A stretch of 32,000 nt of DNA, taken from positions 630,001 to 662,000 of the forward strand of contig NC_006908.1 in the NCBI RefSeq assembly GCF_000008365.1, in the 5' to 3' direction. This document shows, piece after piece, positions 24,814-32,000 of the stretch. The translations under genes and the position numbers were made by a program. Source of the stretch: Mycoplasma mobile 163K (GTDB taxonomy: Bacteria > Bacillota_I > Bacilli_A > Mycoplasmatales > Metamycoplasmataceae). Position 1 is the first letter of the stretch, and each line of letters opens with the position of its first letter. The notes beneath the pieces are model-generated. The model ran no database searches. It was not told the origin of the DNA and saw only the letters and a program-made list of their open reading frames with translations.

Positions 24814-25089
24814 ATGGCAAATATTAAATCAAAAGAAAAAAGAATTTTAACAAATGAAAAAGCAAGAGTTAGAAATGCAGCAATGAAATCACATGTAAGA
24901 CTTGCTATTAAAAAAGCAAAAAGAGCAATCGAAGAAAAAAATGAAAATGTTGAACAGCTACTAAAAGATGCACACAAAGTGATTAATACTTCTGTTTCAC
25001 ATGGAGTGTTTCATAGAAATAATGCTGCTAGAAAATCTTCAAGACTTGATGCCTATGCTTTTAAAATTCAAAACAAAACAGCAAACTAG
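24814..25089 (+). CDS. rpsT: 30S ribosomal protein S20
   Basis: 91-aa basic protein MANIKSKEKRILTNEKARVRNAAMKSHVRLAIKKA..., the typical bS20 N-terminus. Confidence 0.93.
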   Translation: MANIKSKEKRILTNEKARVRNAAMKSHVRLAIKKAKRAIEEKNENVEQLLKDAHKVINTSVSHGVFHRNNAARKSSRLDAYAFKIQNKTAN

Positions 25090-25112
25090 TACCGGAATCG
25101 GTATTTTTTTTT
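25090..25112 (+). terminator. weak terminator or attenuator after rpsT
   Basis: TACCG-GAAT-CGGTA followed by a run of 9 T. The stem is short (5 bp) but is the only GC-rich element here. Confidence 0.45.
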
Positions 25113-25144
25113 AAATTTTTCTAAAGTGGTAAAATTATTTTATT

Positions 25145-25702
25145 ATGAATGAAAAAATTATTGAAGTTAACATTGAAATACCTATAAATTCAAATATTAA
25201 ATATGAATTTGATAGAAGCAAAAATAAAATTGTTGTAGATAGAATTTTAAGGGGAGATTTTAAATATCCTGCAAATTATGGTTATGTGGCCGAAGCTTTA
25301 GATTGAGATGGAGATGAACTAGATGTTTTAGTTTATTCTTCTGAAACTTTTGTTCCAGGTTCTTTATTAAGAGCGAGACTTGTTGGAGCTATGAAAATGA
25401 TTGATCAAGGAGAAACAGACACAAAATTAATTGCTGTTCATGCTGACGATTATCGTTTGGATAAAATCAAAGAATTAGTTGATATTCCAAAAGAATGATT
25501 GAGAAATGTGGAATATTTCTTTACAAATTACAAAAACTGAAAAGGTGTGAATCAAGTTAAAATCAATGGTTTTGAAGGACTAAAATATGCTCTTGCAGAA
25601 TATGAAGAATGTGTCCATCAAATGGAAAAATATGGAAAAATGCCTAAAAGTGAATATGTAAAACAAATGCAAAAAAAACATCCTGAAAAATATACTATTT
25701 AG
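25145..25702 (+). CDS. ppa: inorganic pyrophosphatase (family I)
   Basis: Absent from the ORF track because several TGA (Trp) codons cut it up. Hand translation from ATG 25145: [23 protein letters not shown]...[25 protein letters not shown]...[14 protein letters not shown]...[11 protein letters not shown]. Stop is TAG 25700-25702 (185 aa). Confidence 0.92.
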
Positions 25703-25716
25703 ATAAATAATGAAAT

Positions 25717-28452
25717 ATGATCAAACCTGAAGAAAAAGTAAAATTATTAGTAATTGGTGATTCAATAGCAGCTGGATATAATTCTGGTTTTGGTTTTGAT
25801 ATTTCAGGAAGTGGAAAAATTAAAGGAGAAGAATTTACCTTTAGTGGATTGAGTTATGGTTCTTTTTTCTGTGAATTTGTTGAAAAATCACAGAAAAATA
25901 AAATGGAATCATATCAAAATTTTGCTTTGCAAGGTTCAAGATTTGATGAATGATTATATTTTTATGATGTTGACAACGAAAAATTTAACTTTGAAAATTC
26001 TAAAGATATTTTGGAAGTAATAAAATCTATAGATACCAAAAACTCAAGATTAAATTTATTTAAAAATAGGACAAGTAAGCAATTTAATGAATTCAAAAAT
26101 AAAAATGATTTTTTGAAATTAAAAGAAGTAACTAAAGAATCTAATTTGATTTTTATTTCTCTTGGAGCTAATGATTTAATTCATTTTTTAAAACCTGAAA
26201 GAATTGATTTTTTATTTGATAAAACAATTCATAAAGAAATAAAATTTAAAAAATTTAAAACTATTTTGCAAGATTTTATTGATAAAACTTCCAAAAAATC
26301 TGAATTACTAATTGATGCAATTAATAAATTAAGTAATAAAGCAAATATTGTTCTTTTATCATACCCTCTTTCATTTTTAAAATTAAGATCTGTTATTAAT
26401 TCCTTTTTAAAAAAAGATGGAGAATCTGAAATTGAAATGGAACTTAATGCAATGGTTAGTAAATATCAAAAAAAATTAAGCGAAAAAAATGAAAATGTTC
26501 ATTTTGTAGATGTTTTTGATCATCAATATTGAATTAAAAATGCAAGCAAATTAAGTAAACATTTTTATGAAATTCATCCCTCTACAAAAGGATATAAAAA
26601 AATTGCAAAAAATTTGTTTTTTAAAATATCTTTTAGCAAGAAAAATTACGAAGAGGCAAAACTAATTATTCCTTCTTTTGATAAAAAAACATATGAAGAT
26701 AATTTGGACCATTTTGATAAAATACTAAATTTTACTAATTCAGAAGAAGAAATTTTAAAGAAATTAAATTGGGATTCAGATAAAGAAAATGACTTAATTT
26801 TAGAAAATGAATTTGAAAGAAAACATTCTATTTTAGAAACTGAAGGTGAATTTGGTAATTATTTTTACTCAATGTGCAACTTAATAGAAAGAAACTTTTT
26901 ATTTTACTTTAGTAAAATAAAAAGAGAATCTTTGATCGATCTCACTCTACTTGAAAAAAAGATTTTTGAAATACTTATTGATAGGAAAAATGAGTTTTCA
27001 TTTTTAAATTTTATTTATAAAACAACTTTTGTCAATGATTTAATTGGGGATTTGAGTTTGGGTTTAAACTCAATTTCTTTAAATAATTTTTTCAAATTGC
27101 AAAGATTAGAAGATACTCATTTGTTGATTGATAAAATTTTGAATATTATCCAAGATCCTGATAAAGTTTTTGGTTTTTTAAAAAATTTAAATGATTTTGG
27201 TTTTTTTGAAAAAAATTTAGAATCATTTGATGTTTTGATTAAGCACTATGGAAATTTAATTACCAATAAAGAAATCACTAGTAAATTAGTTACTGTTTTT
27301 TTGAAAAAATTCTATAATAAAATAGAACTAACCCATAAAAAAGTATTTGAAAAGTACCTTGGAAAAATTGAACAAGCAACTATTGATGAGATTTTTAGTG
27401 AAATTGGAAATGATAAAAAAATTAAAGAATTTTTTATAAGTTCAATACAACTTGTTTTTAAAAATTTGATTAGAATTGATGAATTTAAAAATTTGGAGGA
27501 ATTTAGTGATTCATTTTCAAAAGAGATTTTAGCAATGAACAAAATTTCTATTTCTCATTTGGCAGAAGTATTTTTGTCAAATGAGAAATTGGGAAAACTT
27601 TTACTTTATTTCATAACACACTTTTCAAACATTAATATTAATGTAGATAATCTTTACTGGATTTTAAAACCAAATTGAAAGAAAATTTTTTCTCTAAAAA
27701 CATTCAAAATAATTGATCAAAATTTACTTAAATACATTTCTTTATTATTTGTGTTTTTGATTTCGAGAAAAAAAGCTACTTCTATGCTTGGAAAAATTAT
27801 GAAAATAAATATTCAAAGTCTAGATGATTTTTTAAAAATTTCTAATTCTATCGATTTAAGAGATGTTGATGGCAAAGATGTTTCCAAAATAATAAATTCC
27901 ATTTTCGAAAACTCAGACAATAGTTTTTTATTATATAGAATTATAAAAAATCCAAATATTTTAGAACCGTTAAAATATCAATTTAAATTTAATTTATTAA
28001 ATATTGGAAAAGCTTTGAGTTTGAGAAAAAGGTTTTATAAAATATTAATTCCTTTAATAAAAAAATTATTAGAAGAATATGATAAAAATGATAAGAAAAT
28101 AAAAGTAAATGACAACGAAGCTTTTAAAGCTCTTTATAGAATTTTTATCACTGTTCAAATAACTCTTTACTTTTCTTTAAAAAATAGTGGATTGTTCTTC
28201 TCAAAAACTACATTTTTAAAAGAAAATCAAATTTTTGCAAAATTTTTTATGAGTGAATTCCCTAAGCATAGTCCAATGATTAAAAAGTTTTTACTTCCTG
28301 ATTTAAAAATAAAAGATGTTGATTCAAATAAAATCTCAAAATATGAAACCTTACCATTAATTTTGTTTTTAGATGAAATTAATCCAAATGATAAAAAGTT
28401 TTACAATTATGAAGTCTTAATTGAATACCTTAAAACAGGATCTTGAATTTAA
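25717..28452 (+). CDS. SGNH/GDSL-hydrolase domain protein fused to a ~600-aa C-terminal region of unknown function
   Basis: ORFs 25717-25953, 26011-26532, 26614-27678 and 27751-28446 share one frame. I checked the junctions and they contain only TGA. Stop is TAA 28450-28452 (911 aa). Block I LLVIGDSIAAGYN, block III FISLGANDL, block V-like FYEIHPSTKGYKKIA. Confidence 0.8.
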
Positions 28453-28514
28453 ATAGTTTTCAAAAAAACTTCCAATTTTTTAAAATTGATTTCGTCATGT
28501 AAATTGAAAACTAT
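28453..28514. terminator. candidate convergent terminator region (nested inverted repeats)
   Basis: ATAGTTTTCAA (28453-28463) is complementary to TTGAAAACTAT (28504-28514). An inner A/T palindrome CAATTTTTTAAAATTG sits between them. The region lies between convergent stops at 28452 and 28542. Confidence 0.3.
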
Positions 28515-28541
28515 ATCTTGATAAATAATTTTAAAATTTTC

Positions 28542-28943
28542 ATTAATTATAAAACACGTTTTTATGTAAAAACCTAATTTGTCTATAAAAATTCCAATTG
28601 ATTTGCTAAAAGTATTTGTAGCAAAATCGCTAAAAGCTCTTACGTTTTTTTGTTCTATTAAAGATTCTCATTTGTTTAAAATTAAAGGATTTTCATTTAC
28701 TAAAACTACAAAATTGAAATTCATAAATTCTGATGATAATTTTAAAAGATTTTTTGTAAAAAAATCAACATAATTTGCTTGCAAAAAAGGCAAAGTTAGA
28801 AAAATTGTTTTTTTCTCAAAAGAACTAAAACTTTTAAATTGAAATTTTGAATCTATTAATGTAAAAGGCTTGATAGTTTTGATTGCTTGATCAAAAAGAT
28901 TTACAAAATCATATTCTTTTCCAAAAAGTATAACTTGATTCAT
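28542..28943 (-). CDS. hypothetical protein (133 aa), last gene of the holB-rsmI run
   Basis: ORF 28668-28943 ends at TGA. Hand read-through reaches TAA 28542-28544. It starts 10 nt after the stop of the upstream gene. I recognise no motif. Confidence 0.55.
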
Positions 28944-28953
28944 ATTTTCCTTT

Positions 28954-30585
28954 CTAAATTAAAAATTTTCTTTTCAAATCATTAAATATTTTAATATTTT
29001 TATTGATTTTTTTATTAGTCAATTCTTCCCTATATTCATTTTCAGTAACTATAAAAATACTCACAATATTGGTGTATGAATAATAGGTAAAAAGTATTGA
29101 GCTTCCTTCTTCAAAATGAATTTTTGCAATAAATTGTTTTTCTCTGATTGAATCATTAAAATTTTTGAAATATTCTATATTTTTTATTTTTAAATCTCCC
29201 AAAACATGATAAATACTTATTTTTTTAAGAGATTCTACCAAAACAATTTTTGACATTTGCAAAGTTTTTTCAAAAAGAACTTTTTTGCTATATTTACTTA
29301 CAAAATTAGTAAGAACAACATTTAAATCTCTTGTTTGCGACTTATGATAATTTAAAACTTCTAATAATAAAACTTGAAGTTGAAAAATATCACTTGAAGT
29401 CGAAATTGAAGAATTAAGCAAAAATCTGCCTTCTTCATCAAAATATAAAAGCAATTTTTTTTCATAGTTTTTCATATTTTGAAAGAAATTTGTATCTTCG
29501 TAAAGAGCAACATTGTGTTTTTTGCAAATTCTTTCAATAATTTCAGAAGAATTTTTTGTGGTTACAACAAAATTATTTTCTGCAATAAAATTTTCACTTT
29601 TATTTGCAAAAATATATTCTAATAATAAAATAGCAATTTGTTCATGATTTAACAATCAATAATCATTATTGTTTCTAATAATGACATCTATTTGATTTGC
29701 ATTAAATGAAGGAACTAAAATAACATCTAATTTTGATTTTTTTGCTTGCAAAATGAATTTGTTCAAATATCTTAAAAATTTTGTGTTTTTAGCTTTTGTA
29801 AAAAAGTCACTATTTAAATAACTAACTTTTTTAGATAATATAAATTCTATATTCATTAAACTACTTATATCTTGCATTAAGTCATAAGCAATTTTTGAAG
29901 AATTAGCAATCAAAACTTTCAATTTTTTATCATTAGATGAATTGATTTGAATTTTTAATAAAGAATCAATATATTCAGTTTCAATTTTTTTTGAAAGTAA
30001 ATAAAAAGATTTTTTAGTTGCAATTGAATTTACTAGGGGAATTTGTTTATTGATATTATTTGTAATTAAAAATAAAATTGAATTTTCTAAAAATTCTGAA
30101 TTTGCATTAAAAATTTGCAATCAATAGTTTCTATAATTCTTATTTGGTCTTGAAAAATAAAAGCAAAGAGACACTTTAATATTGTTTAAACTATTTTGAA
30201 TCAAAGAAAGAGGCTTACCTTTATTTTCTTCAAAAAGATAAACATCTAAATCATTTTCTAAAAATACTTGATTCATGATTTCTATAAATGTCCTTAATTC
30301 TTCACTACCATCATGAGAAATCAAAATTTTAGCCTTTAGACCTTTATCAATTTTACTTTCTCTAAGAAATTCAGCAAATGAATTGGAAATTAATTTAATA
30401 GTGATTGGATTAAAAGAATTGTAGCCAACATCTATTCTTCCTTTGATTTTTCTATCATCAATTAAAAAAGAATGAAAAAAAGTTTCATCTTCTTCAATGT
30501 TTGCAATTTCATTTAATTTATTAGTATAAAATTTATCACCAATAAAATATTTTTTTCATTCTTGAAAAATTTCCAATTTATTCAT
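28954..30585 (-). CDS. alpha-D-phosphohexomutase (PGM/PMM)-like protein with degenerate catalytic motifs
   Basis: ATG 30585, then ORFs 30121-30324, 29656-30120 and 28954-29655, all in one frame and joined by TGA. True stop is TAG 28954-28956 (543 aa). The size and order of motif-like segments fit the PGM/PMM family: FYFSRPNKNYRNYW (cf. TASHNPxxYNGxK), VPSFNANQIDVII (cf. FDxDxDR), YFDEEGRF (cf. GEESG), GSSILFTYYSYTN (cf. RPSGTEP). Confidence 0.6.
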
Positions 30586-30590
30586 AAATC

Positions 30591-31295
30591 CTATTTTACC
30601 AAATCTTTATTTAAAGCAAAATTTTTGAATTCAAAAGCTATTGTATATTCGCCTTTAATTGAATCTTTTTTTTCAAAAATTTTATAAATTTCACTTACAT
30701 TTCCAAAAAAGTGTTCTTCAAATTTTTTTGTCAATTCTTTTCCTACAAAAATTTGAAGAAAATTTCCGAATACAAATTCTAGATCTTTTAAAACGCTCAT
30801 TAATTTGTGTGGAGATACAAAAGCAACATAAGATCCAGGAATTAATTTTTTTAAATGATTTTGCCTTTGAATTGTTTTATCTTTAAAAAAACCTAAAAAA
30901 GTAAAATGTGTATCAAATCCACTTAAAACAGCTGTACTTGTAATTGCAGATACCCCAGGAATAAGTTCGTATTTAATATTGTTTTCTCTAACTAATTTCA
31001 AAACTCTAAATCCTGGATCGCTTAAAATTGGCATTCCTGCATCTGAAATTAGAGCTACGGATTTATTTTCATTTTGAATCAGACTAATAATTCCTTTTGC
31101 CGAATTTATTTCGTTCTTGTCATGATAAGAAATAAGTTTTTTACCAATTATTTCAAAATAATTAAGCAATTTTTGACTTTCTCTTGTATCTTCGCAAGCA
31201 ATAACATCGACTTCTTTTAAAATTCTTAAAGCTCTTAAAGTAATATCTTCAAGATTGCCAATTGGTGTTCCTACTATAAAAAATTTAGTTTCCAT
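30591..31295 (-). CDS. rsmI: 16S rRNA (cytidine1402-2'-O)-methyltransferase RsmI
   Basis: METKFFIVGTPIGNLEDITLRALRILKEVDVIACEDTRESQKLL... and ALISDAGMPILSDPGF are typical of RsmI. ATG 31295 is preferred over the track's GTG at 31304. It overlaps the holB stop by 11 nt. Confidence 0.88.
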   Translation of the reverse strand: METKFFIVGTPIGNLEDITLRALRILKEVDVIACEDTRESQKLLNYFEIIGKKLISYHDKNEINSAKGIISLIQNENKSVALISDAGMPILSDPGFRVLKLVRENNIKYELIPGVSAITSTAVLSGFDTHFTFLGFFKDKTIQRQNHLKKLIPGSYVAFVSPHKLMSVLKDLEFVFGNFLQIFVGKELTKKFEEHFFGNVSEIYKIFEKKDSIKGEYTIAFEFKNFALNKDLVK

Positions 31296-32000
31296 ATAAC
31301 TCACTTACTTTCAATAAAAAAAATTGCTTTTGAATTTTAAAATTTGTATTGATTTCTAATTTCGATAAGAATTCTTCAATAAAATAATAAATTGGATAAA
31401 ATTGTACTTTTATTTCTTGATATTTTTGAACTAATTCGTAAAATGGTAAAAAAGCTATTTTATCTTTGCCATGACTTGCAAAAACATCTTCAAAAAAAAT
31501 TCTAATTACTTGAAGGACAAAATAATAATTTTCCACATCCAACACTTCTTCTAAAAAATTGATTAAAGAGTATTTATTTATTAAAGATTTATCTAAATTT
31601 TTGAGAGTTTTTTTTACAAGTTCAAAATACTTTTTAGAATTGTATTTATTAGCATCTTCTCAATTATCAAAAACTCTTGCATAAAATTTTATTACATATT
31701 TTTCCAAATCATTTTCTAGAAACAATTCTTCAATTGCTAATTGGTTCATTCTCTTTACATCAAAAACTTGACTTCTACTCACTATAGTAGAAATAACTTT
31801 TTTAATATTATTTGTTCCCATCACAATAAAAGTATCTTTAGGGGGATTCTCAATGTATTTTAAAAGTGAATTTAGTGATGAAGAATTACCTTTTTCAATA
31901 TTTGCAATGTACAAAATTTTAGGACTATTGCTTTCAAAAGATGTTTTTAAAAATAATTGAATAGCATCTAGCACTTGAGTTTTTTTAATGGTATCATTAA
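31285..32000 (-). CDS. holB: DNA polymerase III delta' subunit (5' end outside window)
   Basis: ORFs 31660-31974 and 31285-31545 share a frame and are joined by TGA. The frame is open to base 32000. Motif: SSLNSLLKYIENPPKDTFIVMGTNNIKKVISTIVSRSQVF (cf. ALLKTLEEPP....L.TI.SRCQ). Confidence 0.8.

Noticed and set aside
31296-31304. GTG start at 31304 (MSYMETKFF) for rsmI
   Set aside because: ATG 31295 gives the canonical RsmI N-terminus (M..FFIVGTPIGNLEDIT) and a shorter overlap with holB. The GTG start cannot be excluded but is not needed.

Overview
This is an AT-rich Mollicutes-type (Mycoplasma/Mesomycoplasma-like) chromosomal segment. It must be read with genetic code 4 (TGA = Trp). The supplied standard-code ORF track therefore splits almost every gene at in-frame TGA codons and misses one gene (ppa) completely. 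After re-joining same-frame fragments the window holds about 22 protein genes, one tmRNA, a 16S-23S rRNA operon without tRNA or 5S, and one TPP riboswitch.

Gene order, left to right:
- an atypical Hanks-type Ser/Thr kinase (5' end may lie outside the window), then asnS
- two paralogous small lipoproteins bracketing ssrA (tmRNA)
- a heterodimeric ABC exporter pair
- a TPP-riboswitch-controlled ThiT-like transporter
- a 902-aa surface protein with a C-terminal BspA-type leucine-rich repeat domain
- rrl and rrs on the minus strand
- a long minus-strand run: membrane NERD protein, DUF45/YgjP metallohydrolase, rarA, pheT, recA, ymdB-like
- rpsT, ppa, and a 911-aa SGNH/GDSL-hydrolase fusion protein
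- a minus-strand run: holB (partial), rsmI, a degenerate phosphohexomutase-like protein, and a 133-aa unknown protein

I see no CRISPR array, IS element, transposase, integrase, restriction-modification genes or obvious prophage. This looks mostly like core genome. I cannot point to a clear-cut new multi-gene system.

The most unusual items are:
- the tightly coupled NERD/DUF45 pair at the head of the rarA-recA cluster
- the atypical kinase
- the riboswitch, whose 5' P1 strand can alternatively pair across the start codon
- the motif-degenerate phosphohexomutase-like protein
- the lipoprotein-family surface proteins

All homology calls are by-eye motif recognition. No database search was possible.
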